NCBI GenBank assembly: GCA_951406725.2
Contig: OX597814.1
Coordinates: forward strand, 133,424,001 to 133,488,000
Direction: 5' to 3'
Origin: Octopus vulgaris
Taxonomy: Eukaryota
DNA: 64,000 nt
Part shown: one piece after another, positions 13,969 to 27,900 of the stretch
Layout of the letters: the number at the start of each line of letters is the position of its first letter
How positions within the stretch are numbered: the stretch's first letter is position 1
Program-made: the position numbers and the translations under genes
Notes under the pieces: model-generated
Seen by the model: only the letters and a program-made list of their open reading frames with translations
What the model was told of the DNA's origin: nothing
The model's database searches: none

Positions 13969-15210
13969 TTGGATTACCCCATAAATAATGCGGGTTTTTC
14001 AATTGCATGAGCAAAAAGTCGAAGGGACACGGGAAAACTACATGCACCAACTTGCTACAAAATGGGGTGGTAATTTTACCTTGTACTTATTCTTAGTGCA
14101 ATTTTTGAAGAAAGCAGTTCGATGTTAACAGTTATTTTTTTTTTGAAAGCTATAAAAGATGTGACAAAGGTGCATATTCGGCATATTTTGCTTTATGATC
14201 TCAATCAAGGCAACAACGCAACGGAAAGTGGGAGCAATATCAATGCAATATATGGGCGTCAGACAATAATCGTAGCCAGGGACAACGATATTTCCAGAAA
14301 TTCCGAGCCGGAAACTACAGCTTAGAAGAAGAGCCTCGCCCTCGAAGATCTGTAGAGCTCAATGAGAACGTCCTACAAACCCCGGCGGAACAAAATTCCA
14401 TCGTAACCGTTAAGCTTGGATTTGGTAATTTATAGACACTTGCGTGCCATCGAAAAAGTCAGCAAATTGGGTCAAACTTTTCTGGTCTCATCGCGCGCAG
14501 AGACTGAATGTATGATTCGTCCATGCTGTCACGTATTACGAATGAAGCTTTTTGGACCGAATAATGACTGGTGACGAGAAATGGGTTCTCCATAAAAATG
14601 TCAAACACGGAAGACAGTGAATAGGAAACAGAGAAATACCAGCATCACAGGCTAAAGAAGGTCTTCACCCAAGTAAAGTGCTGTTATCTGTTTCATGATA
14701 TATGAAAGGTTTAGTCCACTTTGAACTTTCTAAACCCAAACCAAACGATAACAAAGGATATCTACTGGGAGCAGTTTGAGCTGCTTTAGTCAGCGCTAGA
14801 AGGAAAATGACCATCTTTAGTTTCAAGACGAAAGGTTTTCTTCCATCAGTATAACACTCGGCCAATTACATTGAGGTTGACATGCCATTAAAAATGGAAA
14901 GCGACGCCCCACCCACCATATTCACTGGACATTGCCCCATCTGACTATCATTTATTCCACAGTTTTCAAAATCATTTGGACGGAAAAAATATGAATTCTG
15001 TAGACAAAATCAGGACAGTAGTGGAGGAGAATTTTTCGTCACAGACAAATGAATTTTGGAAGAGGGGTCTTGCAAATCTACCAGATAGATGGAAGAGCAT
15101 TGTAGGAAATGGACTAGAATATATTTTAGATTAAAAAAGAACTTTGTCTTTCTTAATTTTGAAAAGTATAAGAAGAATTGAAAAACCGCATTATTTATGG
15201 GATGACACAA
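13969..15210 (+). mobile_element. Degenerate mariner (DD34D-type) transposon
   Basis: TIRs TTGGATTACCCCATAAATAATGCGG and CCGCATTATTTATGGGATGACACAA with TA on both sides. Motifs HIRHILLY, IMTGDEKW and HPPYSLDIAPSDYHLF, with many frameshifts. Confidence 0.85.
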
Positions 15211-16013
15211 TATGTTACTGTACTCCCCACTTGACCTTCTTTTAGCCAGGTTTATCGCATGCAGTGCTAACAGAGGTATTCATGTAGATCTATTCATATT
15301 CTCTTTTCCTTCGTTATATATATTTATACAATTTAAGCATTTAAGTTGTTTATGTTTAAATGATATAGACATTTCAGTCGCACGCCAAATATGACCTAAG
15401 CGGCAAATATATAATAAATGTAATATGAAATGCTTTCTCATTTCGTGAAAAGATATTTTTAATAAAAAACAACTGATAAACAAAATTTAGTCTTATATGT
15501 AAACAAGTGAGAGAGCCTGTATGTGATTAAAGCATTTGATAGAAATGGTGGATAAACGGCCATCAGTTTTCACTCTTCTATCTCGAATATGACATATTGA
15601 AAATATGGGAGATGCACACATTCTGATAAGACACGATAAACTTGACTTGAATGCATTCGATTGCAGATGTACTTCGACATAGCTGATCTAGCGTTAATGT
15701 GTGTTAATATGGTAAAATAGAATAATCTAGGACATTTATAACTGCATCTTCTAGAAAAATCTCAAACCTTCTGGAATGCACACTTTATTAACTTTTGTTC
15801 CAAATACAAATAAATTGCCGTGGGTCCCGACTGATATTTGCATCTACTCTAACATTAAAGCGACTCAATTGAATATGTGAGGAATTTTAAATTAGTTTCC
15901 TAAAGTCAAAATGTTTCCACACAAAACGAAAATAAAATATTAACTATTTTTCTTTTTTTTATGGGATGAAAGTTGTATTTGAATTCCGATTCATTTCTAT
16001 ATCGTAGACAATT

Positions 16014-16406
16014 CTTTTCTACGTTAGGCACAGACCTGAAAGTTTGCAGGAGGGAGTCAGTCGATTAGATCGACCCCAGTACGCAATGGTACTTAATTTA
16101 TCGACCTCGAAAGGATGAAAGGCAAAGTCGACCTCACCGGAATTTGAACTAAAAATATAAAGAGAGACGAAATGCCTATTTCTGTACACCCACAAGGGAC
16201 TAAACACAGAGGAGACAAACAAGGACAGACAGACGGATTAAGTGGATTATATCGACCCCAGTGCGTAAATGGTACTTAATTTATCGACCCCGAAAGGATG
16301 AAAGGCAAAGTCGACCTCGGCGGAACTTGAACGCAGAACGTAATGGCAGACGAAATACGGCTACGCATTTCGCCCGACGTGCTAACGATTCTGCCAGCTC
16401 GCCGCC
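16014..16406 (-). mobile_element. tRNA-derived SINE dimer (full copy with tail A plus partial copy with tail B)
   Basis: GGCGGCGAGCTGGCAGAA head and a duplicated GTCGACTTTGCCTTTCATCCTTTCG core. Imperfect TSD TATATCRTAGASAATT at 15998-16013 and 16411-16426. Confidence 0.85.
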
Positions 16407-16729
16407 TTCGTATATCATAGAGAATTGGCATTAATCTGAAGAGCTTCACCTGAGTTTTTGTACGAGAGAAGATGTTTTCGTGACGGCGCCGGTGTACATC
16501 TACAATACACGAACACATAAATGCGTACTCATTCATAATTGTCCTGTACTCTATTTTTTATATTTTTTTGTTGTTTAAAAAAATGTCTAGTTCCTTGGGT
16601 TTGTGTCTATGTTTTCGTTTCTCATTGTGTTCGACGTCTTTTTGGTGTCCTGTACTCATATATGCGGGTATATGTACATGTAGAGGTAGGTACGTACATA
16701 TATGTTTATATATATGCATATGTTTTATT

Positions 16730-16773
<44 letters not shown>

Positions 16774-19094
16774 GTATATGCGTGTATGTGTGTGTATACA
16801 CTAGAGTCTAAGATATATATTTTTTTATGCACACACACACATACATGTACTCACACATATAGATTCATATTTACACACACAGATATAAATAAATAAATAA
16901 ATAAATAAATATTTAAGAGAATGTGAGAGAGAGATAAAATACACAGTTACACTTGCGTAGGTGTTTCGATATGTGTTTCGTCTTTCTTGTCTTGTTTATC
17001 CGGATTTATTTAAGGTTGTTTTTTGGGGTTTTTTTTGCACAAGCGCCTGCCTATCTATTTCTGAACGTCAGAACGATAGAATTTATATTTCTATAGTTGT
17101 TTCGTTGGATGCGTTCTATATTTCAATTTATTTCTATTTCATATTCTATCACCTTTTTTTTATGTTTTATGTTTTATGTTATCCTTAAATAACTTATACA
17201 GTTTTAATGCATGTGAGCAAAATGGCTTCTGTATCTCATACGATTTTAGCATTCTAATAGTTTCTAAGAGAGAAGACATGTCTTGTTTTAATGGGAATTT
17301 ACATCATTGAAGCCTTTAAAATGCAAATCAGACAAAAAAATTGACATCCTTCACTAAACCAATTTTTAGCGCTGTTAAGTTGGCAACTTGAGCATCAATT
17401 GCTTACACTTGTCATGATGTGCACGTTAGATGATGATTTAAAGTTTTCTAGTCTGTCCTATGGTGAGAATCAGTGTGCAACTGTTCCGATAAAATCAATA
17501 GATGGCTGTTAGTAATTTCGTACATATAACTTTGAGTATAGCTACGGATTCTAAGAGGTTGTACATTTATGTATAAGCACGCGTTGATGTGTATCTGCGT
17601 GCGTGTACGATTGTGCCTGTCTACCTGTGCGTGTGAATGTGTTTACATGAAAGTTTTAATATGTTTCTGCATAAATATATGCTTACATTGACGGTTACAC
17701 AGATTCAAACACATATGGGTAAAAGTAACCTCAATTATATCTAACTATGTGATATAGGCTCGATTCTATTGTGAGCCATTTCATTTGTGTTATTTAATCC
17801 TCGTATCTATCATTTCTTGTCAAGATCACAATAACCTCTATACTCTTTAAAATCAAATTCGTTGCGATGCTGTTATGACGTACTTGAAACCCATCTCGAA
17901 GATACCAGCTTCATGAGAGACTCATTTCACCATCGAGGCTTACATTGTATTTCACATGTTTACATTACATTCGTTCGTGTCCTTTTAGAAGCCCTAAGGA
18001 TATATCAAATAGCAGAATGAAAGGAAAGCAAAATATCAAGAGACAAAGCAAAAATATATGTAGAATATGTTATCTTAGGCCTAACGTTTTCGCTGCCCTA
18101 TGGACCATCGTATGATATGTTTTTTTTATTGTTTCTAAGAATTATAAAGCGTCTGTATATCAGGAAAGTAAAACGATGGAGCTTCCAATTTACATGTCTT
18201 ATATTGAAATAAACTGTCATATGAAATGGAGTATTTTAGTCAGTAACGTTCACAGCCTTATTTACAGCGGCCAACAATTTTAGTATGAGCCTGTTAATAG
18301 AACGCACATCCTATTATATTTGTGAGTGAGCATGGCATGTTGACTACGATATGTATTTTAGTGTGTAAACACGGGGGCCTCAATTTCTATGGATAAAACT
18401 TTTATTTATGCATCATAACTTTGTGTACTTTGTATGTTAGGCCATGGGTTAGGATTAGAAAACTTATTCGTATTAATACGTTCAAATAATAATGAGCTTG
18501 TTAGCTAAATCTGTATTCATCAAGATATTCTGATGGATAAAACCTCTGCTTCTCAGCACATTTTCAGATTGTATTCTATCGGAGCTACAACAGTGAATTA
18601 TTCATGATCTTGCCAACAAAATCCTTCTTATTCTATTTCATGTCATACTAATCTTGCAATTTCGACCTAAGCACGATATTTATTTTCGAACTTGTGACTA
18701 AATTATATGCTCTCCTTGTGTGAATGGTAATCGTCTTTATCCACATACACACATAGTCGTAAATGCTTCATTCATCTTTACGACCGATCTCTTGCCTGGC
18801 TCAATTTTCACTTGCAGTTTATTTCTCTTCACTGTTTCGCAAGACATAAAACTCACAGTAAGACATTTCTTCTTGACAAAAATATAGAGTCATTCTTACT
18901 ACTTGACACCAACGCATTGAGGTAAGAGCCCGAGTCCCTACTTGGGGCAAAATGAAAATGTTTGATAATTTGATTAATGGCTTTTATTGCCTTTCTCTAA
19001 TTATTCTTTCTTAATAGCTTTTGCGTCTCCTCTATAGACACACATACTCACATACACATACAACACATACACATACAACACATGCACGCACATA

Positions 19095-19135
<41 letters not shown>

Positions 19136-19142
19136 TAGTCTT

Positions 19143-19534
19143 TTTTTTTAAGGAAGCACTCCGTCGGTTACGACGATGAGGGTTCCGGTTGATCCGAATC
19201 AACGGAACAGCCTGCTCGTGAAATTAACGTGTAAGTGGCTGAGCACTCCACAGACACGTGCACCCTTAACGTAGTTCTCGGGGATATTCAGCGTGACACA
19301 GAGAGTGACAAGGCCGACCCCTTGAAATACAGGTACAACAGAAACAGGAAGTAAGAGTGAGATAAGTTGTGGCGAAAGAGTACAGCAGGGATCACCACCA
19401 TCCCCTGCCGGAGCTTCGTGGAGCTTTTAGGTGTTTTCGCTCAATAAACACTCACAACGCCCAGTCTGGGAATCGAAACTGCGATCCTATGACCGCGAGT
19501 CAGCTGCCCTAACCACTGGGCTATTGCGCCTCCA
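19143..19534 (-). mobile_element. tRNA-derived SINE (second family)
   Basis: Minus-strand head TGGAGGCGCAATAGCCCAGTGGTTAGGG...GTTTCGATTCCC (A and B boxes) and an A-rich tail. TSD ATATTAGTCTT at 19132-19142 and 19536-19546. Confidence 0.85.
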
Positions 19535-22086
19535 CATATTAGTCTTATATTCATTGTAAAATGTATTTTTCTAAATATTTATTTCTTTCAGTTTCTTATA
19601 ATGTGCAACAGTTATTGTTTCATTTGTGCAGCCATTGGTAACATTTAAACTAAGAGAATCATGCGATAGAGATAGTTGGCAGTCCGTCTGGGTGCGAACC
19701 ACAAATCTCAGGTTATGTGCTAAGGCTAAAGCTAACTAGAAACCATAACGCGCATTGACTCAACCAATAGCTAAATACATGCATCATAGTATGATAGTCA
19801 GGTCAGGAAGTCTTTGCTGTCAACGTGTGCTTTTCAATCAATCAATGAATAAAAACATCATACAAAAAATAATCATAAACGAAAAATGAGCCAACAGGGG
19901 GTTACTTCAGTGGTAAAACAGCTTGTGAAAAATAGCAGTTAAATCGCATTTCAAATCTCATTCTAACATCTCTAGAAAGAAAAACAAAGTTATTGTTTCA
20001 GTTGTACAAAACATTTCAGGCTGACCAAAAACACCTACTACATGCAATTAGATGGCGAGTGTTTGGCGCCAACGGCATATTTGTGGCCTTTGCCTACTAT
20101 TACTTACCTGAGGAATACACTACAGCCCTGGTATGTAGGAATCATATAGAGTGCACAGATTATATAATGGATTGTATGCAGTGGATTGTGTAGACAGTAC
20201 AGTATATAGAAAATATCGACTATTGAGCGTACTGTATGTACACAACCTAATGGTTTCTCACTATTGTTCAGTATGTTACATACTTTCCATAGGGCATTTG
20301 GCATGTTGCAAGGTGTTTTAATTGTCACTAATCCATAATTTGAGGAGGATTTAGCTGAAATTTCTAGTAGATCGAGTGACTGCTATGAGGCTTCTTTATT
20401 AGTTCACTTTATTTTCATAAGATTGTATTGGTAGAAGCAGCGGAAGTTAGCAAAATACACTATGCCAAAGCGAGAGAGTTGCTGTTTTTCTGTACTTATT
20501 AGTAGTGTACATCTTTATACAGAGTTTGAGGTTATGAGTAAGGGATAATACTTTTAGGATGTTTTTGAAGTTTAGTTCTAGTATCGTAGATGTGTTGTCT
20601 CTTTGTTGCGACGGGTTATCCTTTATATAGTTTCCATGGGCTTGCACTAAGAAAACCTGTTCATTTTTACTAAGTTGGTGACGATTTGTAGGCGATTTGT
20701 GAACATTATACAACCAATTTTTATATAAAGTGTACTTACTTTTAGTTTGTTATAAAGTGGCATAGTGGGATTAGGTCAGACACGACCGATGTACTTCATG
20801 TTGGACATAGCGAATTTCTTATACACGAATACAGTCACTATAGTGAGTTGATTTAGAGATACGAATTTCGAAGACTTCGTATTTGAATGAAACAATAACT
20901 TTGTTTTACTTTCCAGAGATGTTAGAATGAGATTGGAAATGCGATTTATTCTTTACAAGATGTTTTACCACTGAAGTAACCTCGTGTTGGCCTATATTTT
21001 TCTTTATGACTTTTTTGTATGCTGGTTTTATTTGATGTTCACTGATGCTTCTGGTAATAAAAGTGTTGGCTGTTGTTAGTGTACTGAGGTTGTTAGCTAA
21101 CCGTATGTCAGTCCTGTTTGTAAGTTCCAGTCATGAATTTTTCTCTAATTGTATATATAAGGGACCCACTTATGCAATGTGTTCTTCCTGTTTTATGACA
21201 GTTGGGTGTTAAATGAGAGCAATTTGACTGTTATTTGTAGCAGTACGAGTGACCATGTAGAGGTCCATATATTATCTGGAGAACATTGGTAATTTTGCGA
21301 TGTGTTATTGTAGGTCCATCAAGTTTGAAACAAGTGTGTAGTTTGGAAAAGCTATGAAGCTATACCTATGGCATGTTCAAGAATTATGTGTGTCATGTCA
21401 AAAGCATGTGCAGTTTTGTGTATCTTTTGAGCAGAAACGAGTAAGTAATGTAAGTTCAGATAAAAAAAAACTGGAGAAGCTGAATCCTTGGAGTACACTG
21501 TTCGAAGAATTGCTGTTTCTTGTTTTACTGATGCTTTATAGAGTATAGTTGAACAGTAATCGAATTTGCTAGCTAATGATATCTATTAAGGAAGCGTTGA
21601 GAAATCTATGTGTAATAAACGAAAACAATGTTTGTGGTACTCTAGAAATTTTTAACGGATTATTGTGGTGATCTGGATCTGGTTTGAGTTTAAGAGCGAT
21701 TAATTAACTAAACGATCATCAGAAATAAATTTCTACTCTTTCTAGAGTAGAAATTACGACTCAAGAATGAACAATGTCTCGAAATATTTGAAAGAAAAGC
21801 CAAATTTCCTTCCAATTTTATTTTATTCCCTTACTTATAAACCAATATTCCACGGGTCTTTATCCTGGATATCATACGCTAAGTATGGTAACAGAATGCA
21901 TTACTTTTTCCTCAATTTCAAGACACCAGTAGGGTAAACAACGGATGTTGAAATAACCTACGAGCGGCTGTTCTGCATTGGACTACAAGCAACATACTTC
22001 AAAAGTTAAGAGTATTTTATTCCTAGAAACTAGTTTTTAAGGATAGTAGCATTCATGCCATTTTGTACACCATTATGGTCTTAAAA

Positions 22087-23328
22087 TCAGGTCGTCCCAT
22101 AGGTTCTGTCCGATTTTACATTTTTTAAATTGAATGAAATTTAATAGTATTTTTATGCATTTGTGTACATTTAAACTAATTAAATATTATTTTACAGAAT
22201 AATAGAATTAAAATTTCTTTGATTAAAACCCTTTCCAACATAGAAGTATCCAAATAGCATTTAAGGCACATAATGCTTTATGAATACGATATAGGAAACT
22301 CTTCAGCCAAGGCGACTCAAAACACACTCAGATTATGGGAAAGAATGCTTGAATGAAAGAATTTGCAGAAGATGGTTTGCAAAATTCAGAAATGGAGATT
22401 TCAGCCTTGAAAATGAAGATCGAACAGAACGTCCAGTTGAGTTTGATGATAAGCTCATTGAGGCATTACTTGAAGACAATCCTGCGTTATCAGTTGAAGA
22501 ATTGGCAATAAAGCTTAGTTCAAACCGTACAACTGGTCATCGTTATCTTCAGCAACTTGGAAAGGCTCCTGAACTTCGAAAATGGGTGCCTCAGGAATTG
22601 TCCGAAAGCAACCGCAAATCCCGAGTTGACATCTGCTCTTCTCATCATTCTCGCGAACTCATTTCACCCGTTTTGAATAGACTTGTAACAGGTGACGAAA
22701 AATGGGTCTTCTATCGAAATGTTAAACGTCGTAAAAAGTGGCTTGGTAAAAGGGGAAAAGCTCAACCACAACCGAGAATGGAACTTCATGGGAAAAAGGT
22801 TCTTCTCTCTATCTGGTGGGTTGTAAAGGAGTAATTCACTTTGAATTATTACCACCTAACACAACAATCATTGCTCAAGTCTACTCTCAGTAATTAGAGC
22901 GTTTGAACCAAGCTTTGAAGAAACAAAGACCTGCTTTAGTGAATCGAAAAGGAGTGATGTTTCATCAGGACACTGCACGACTCCTGCAAACATCATATCA
23001 CAGAAGATCGAAGAGCTTGGTTGGGAAAACAATCCTCATCCACCTTATTCTCCCGACCTCGCTCCTCCAGACTACCATTTGTTTCGTATTTCACAGAATC
23101 ATTTGGGGGGCATAACTTTCGCAAGTCAGGTGGAGGTCGAAACTGACATGCTTCACTTTGAAACGAAAAAAATTTTACATTCATGGGATTAAAAAGCTTG
23201 TAAATAGATGGAAGGAAGCCATAGATAATCAGGGAAAGTACATTGAGGATTAAATTTCTATTAAATATAATATTTGATCACTTGTTTTCTTTATTCAAAA
23301 ATCGGACATAACTTATGGGATGACCTGA
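22087..23328 (+). mobile_element. Mariner transposon, full length, inactivated
   Basis: TIRs TCAGGTCGTCCCATAGGTTCTGTCCGATTTT and AAAATCGGACATAACTTATGGGATGACCTGA-TA. Motifs RRWFAKFR.GDFSLE, WVPQEL, LVTGDEKW, FHQD and HPPYSPDLAPPDYHLF, with stops and frameshifts. Confidence 0.92.
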
Positions 23329-24959
23329 TAAAACTAATTTGTTTCAATAAATCTTGAAACTAGCTCATGAGATGAAATCACGATACTTATTTCCTTTTGC
23401 TCTTCAACGCTTAACATTCGCACAATATTCCGTTAAAGGTTTTCAAATTTCTTTTATGAACACGATGCCTATATTATTGATATGGATTATGTGCAATTTG
23501 AATAAAGATCTTGGATTCTTTGCCATGTAAAAGAAATGCTTTGATAAACAAAGTACTTGTTTTCCGATTTTATTTTCCTTACTGGATTAAATCAATATAT
23601 TGAATATTCAGGTATTGATTGAAATCCCAGAATAGAATGCCATGTTTTATTATTAATGTTACCAGGTTGAGAAAAATACTATGCTGTCTGCTGGGAAAAA
23701 TATATATTACCGAGAATATTTAGAATAAACTTTATCTCTTGTATGTGACTTCGACTTGAATGTGTGTGTGAGTTAGTTTATACCTGAATCCAAATTGTTT
23801 TCGCCTGTCATAGTTCCCATAGATAAAATACCTAACTATTGAAAGTTATAGGAGATACAAGAAAGGGATATAGCTTCATGGGGCTGGTTCATATAGACTC
23901 ATTAGGCCGTTTTCCCAGTTTCCGTCGTGCATATATTCCTCTCTGGACGGAACGTCGGCATGTCACAGAATTACTCATTTTTTCAGCTGAAAGGACTGGA
24001 GATTTAAATAAATATTGAATGAATCAATGTCTTTTCTGTTATGATGCCATATTGCAGAAATATTAGAATACCCGAAAACTAAAAAGGAGTATTGTTCATT
24101 CATCCTTGTATATTAACAGCGTTGATCTCGTCTTGCTTATCACAAAAACACGAGGTTTTAGGTTTTATAGGAGAGATAATAAAGTCTGGAAGACTTTAAC
24201 GGTGGAGTTTATACAAACTTAAACTATGCTAATTGTACCCTTGCATTGACTCTAGAACTGGCGTCTGAACTTCCAGTGCAAACCATATTATCATTGCTGT
24301 AATGTTGCTGACATTCAGCAACCGATCTTAAAAATTATCAAAATACGTGTCTAGATATAATTTAACAAATAAACCCAAACATGTAAAAAAAAAAGTATAA
24401 ATATATGAGTACATGATGGTAATACTGTTAAAATTATATAAGGAACATATTGGCATGCAAAAAATCAATCAAGTAAATAATGAATATTATGCCTGTTCAT
24501 ATTATTTTCTCATAAGTTAATTCTTTTCATAAAATATGAAATTCACTTCCCCGGGGAAATCTAAAACATTTACATATAAGAAAGTTAAAGTTCCTTCAAA
24601 ATTCAAACTTCATGGATATCAATGGAAATTTGTATAATCTTATTTATAATTTAATTATTTATCAGGATAAATGTTCAGTGCATTGCGTATATGCTGTGCA
24701 ATATGCGTGTTTGTGCCCAGAGGTCATTCATTTCAAATTGAAAAATGGTATTTTTAATTAACTAATTTTTGTTATATAATTTACAAAATCTATGTTACTT
24801 ATACCATATGGCTTCTTTATCGTCAATAATCATTACATCTCTGTGGGGAAATGGCTGTTCAATCTCAACCTCGAATATATTTATAAATCAACCTGGTTGT
24901 AACATGTATATTATTTGGCATCTGACTATTCCGTAATTAGCATTTTACAACTCGTATCC

Positions 24960-27900
24960 GAGCATTGGGTTCGTCAGTTTTCATCCAGTCTCTTCGGTTG
25001 ATGTTCGAGCCGAAAGTAACTTTGGATTCCAAGTCGTTAGTGAAAGAGTCGTGTGCAAAACTTGCGCGGCATGATCGGTGCACGTTGAGGATGTTGAAGA
25101 CACTCCTTTCCTCTCCTGCGTTTTGCCTTCACATTCTGTTATCTGTTCTGCTCGAAGGAGCTGGCTCCATTCCGGATAGTAGTTCTCGAGGTTGTCCTAT
25201 CCATGACAATCTGTTCTCATGATGATAGCTGCATGTTAGTTTGAGCCAAGGTCCATTTGAGCTAGTCTTTAAAACGGAATTTCGGACCTCCTCTGGGTTT
25301 TGTCCGATTGAAAGTTCTCTTCAGGGCATGATACTTGGGAGACGAGAGGACGCCATACGCTGGATGTGATCAGCTCAGCGGAGACGATGACGAATAATGG
25401 TGGCTTCGACACTTGGAAGTGAGGCGGTACGAAGAACCGCGTTGTTGGTAACGTAATTTTCCCATTGTATGTTGAGGATCTGTCGTAGCTTCGATTGCTG
25501 GAATCATTCAAGGCGCTTGAAGTCACGGCGGTACATCGGCCAAGTCTTACAAGCGTAGAGTAGAACTGACATGACAATGCCACGGAAGACCATGATCTTT
25601 GTCTGGATGGTCAGTGCATGATTGAAGAATACACGTCGGATGAATCTGCCGAAGGCGGAGTGGGCCGCCTAAATCCGGTTCTCCACGTCCTTTTGACATA
25701 TGGGGGTCTTCGAAAGGATACTTCCAAGGTATGTGAAATGTTCAACTTCATCTAGGGGGTTGGCCGTTGATGCTAATATTTGTGGGTGGACTGTTCTGGC
25801 CTGGTGCAGGATGGATCAGTGTCTTGATCTTTAAATGTGTTTACGTGCATCTCGAAGCGTTCGTAAGCCGCGTTGCAAAGATCGGCCGTCCTTTGTAGGC
25901 CATCTACTCTCCGGCTCGGAATGACATTTTCTTGGCATACTGCATCTCACGTACTGAGATGGAGAAAGTCCTCGACTTTGCACGGAGATGTGCGAGACTG
26001 AAGAATCCGACATCCAAGCAATAACACATGTCGATGGAAGTGAGTCTAGTGGGATTTCGTTGAACATAACGACCATGTACAAAGAGAACTGGGTTGGTGC
26101 CAGGACGCATCCTTGCATAAGACCCTCAGTGATGGAAAACGGTTCTGTGAGAGCATTTTGATGGCATACTCTACCTACCATGCCGTCCTAGAGGAAGCGG
26201 ACCAGGACAATGAAGTCCTCCGAACATCTAGCCCCGGCAAAGACGGGCCATATTGCAGGACGGGGTACCTTGGCAAAGGCTTTCTTGAGACCCCAGATGA
26301 TCAACATTGCAGGCTGTTTTTGTTCTTGACACTTCTGAAGTTGACGGGCACAAAAGATCATGTCGATTGTGCCTCAAGAGGGTCGAAAACCACACTGGGA
26401 CTCAGAGAGCACGTATTCCTCGAGGATGAGGAGGCGAGTGAGTATGATACGGGCTAAGATCTTGCTTGCAATACACAGGAGTGAGATGCCCCGATAGTTG
26501 TTGCAATCCTCTCAGTTTCCTTTCTTGCAGATGATGATGGCAGTTTCAACGCGGACGTCGTTCGGTGTGGTCTTGCTTTCACAGATCTTGAGGACAAGGA
26601 GCATCAGATGATTTCTCAGCTCAGGACCTCTGTGCATGAAAAATTCAAACGGGATGTTGTCTGGTCCTGGAGCTTTCCTCGGCTTCATGTACACAAGTAC
26701 CTTGTTGAACTCATGGCGTGAAGGCAGCGGGGACATCCAATGGTGGATAGGTAGCTGAGGAGATGGTCAGGAGTACATGAGTGGTCGTTAAGTTGGCACT
26801 CGAAGTGGGACTTCCAGCGATCAAGAATTCCCTGAGTGCCGCTTATCGTAGAGCCAGCTGCGTTCTTCAGGCCGCCCACTGATTACCTTGTGGGGCCGAA
26901 GATCTTGGTTGCGACAAAAAATCTGCCACCAGATGTTCTAAGCTTCTCGAATAACTCGTTGGCATTCTGCCGATGCTTGCTGGTGTTTTCATTTGTTTTC
27001 TGCAGTGACATGGTTCTCGAGGTCTGGATTCTATAAGACAGGAGATGGTTTCATCATTCTCTTCAAACCATTGTTGCTCTTACTTTCGGGCAAAGCCGAT
27101 CATCTCCTCAGCGGCAGCGGTCATTGCTTCACGAAGGCTGGTTCAGCGATCCTCAATGGAGGTTGCCTATGGGAGGTCCATCAGGTGCCTCTTAATGGTT
27201 TTCCTGAAGTCTTGGGATACCTGTGAGTTCCGGAGTTTGGCACAGTCGAAGCATCGGCAAGTGATGTTTGCTGAGACCGGCTTGGTCGACAGCGGATCTT
27301 GATGACAAGGCGAGAAATAAGAAGACGGTGATCCGCCAAGCAGTCATCTGCATCAGGCATGGAGCGAGTGATGCATACATTTCGTCTGTCCCAGGATATT
27401 GTCAGAACGTAGTCGAGGATGTGCCAGTGTTTAGACCGTGGGTGTTTCCAGGTTGTCTTTTGTCAGGTAGGGATACAATATATAGAGTTGGTAAGGATGA
27501 GTTTGTGCTCGGCGGAAAGGCCCAATGCCGTGATGGCCGAGAATGTCATTTCACAGACAATGATTACTGCCGACCCTGCCGTTAATGTCCCCTAACACAA
27601 CGAATTTGTCATACGCGGGGACTGTCTGGGTGGTGCAGTGTAGCAGGATGTTGACCGAAGCCTTGACGTTGTCTTCAGATGTAAGGGTACGGGCATACAC
27701 AGAGATCAGCGTAAGTAATCCCGAATGAGCGGGATCCGAACGGTCATGAGGCAGTCACTCACTGACGGAAGTTGGGACAAGTCTGTGTTTTTCCACGAGT
27801 TGCGTTTTGACAGCAAGGCCAATTCCATGGATGCATGATTCATTAGGATTCTTCCCCTTCCAAAAGATGGTGTATTTGTAGTTAGCTTCTCTGATGCTGC

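Noticed and set aside
19455-19534. tRNA-like sequences (also at 42969, 44180 and 62450)
   Set aside because: They have A/B boxes but no complete cloverleaf, and continue into repeat bodies; these are SINE or pLTR heads rather than tRNA genes.
20050-21620. Possible ancient Penelope remnant with a CTGAGGA motif at ~20108
   Set aside because: Translations only vaguely resemble RT or GIY-YIG and the ribozyme core is incomplete; not supportable by eye.
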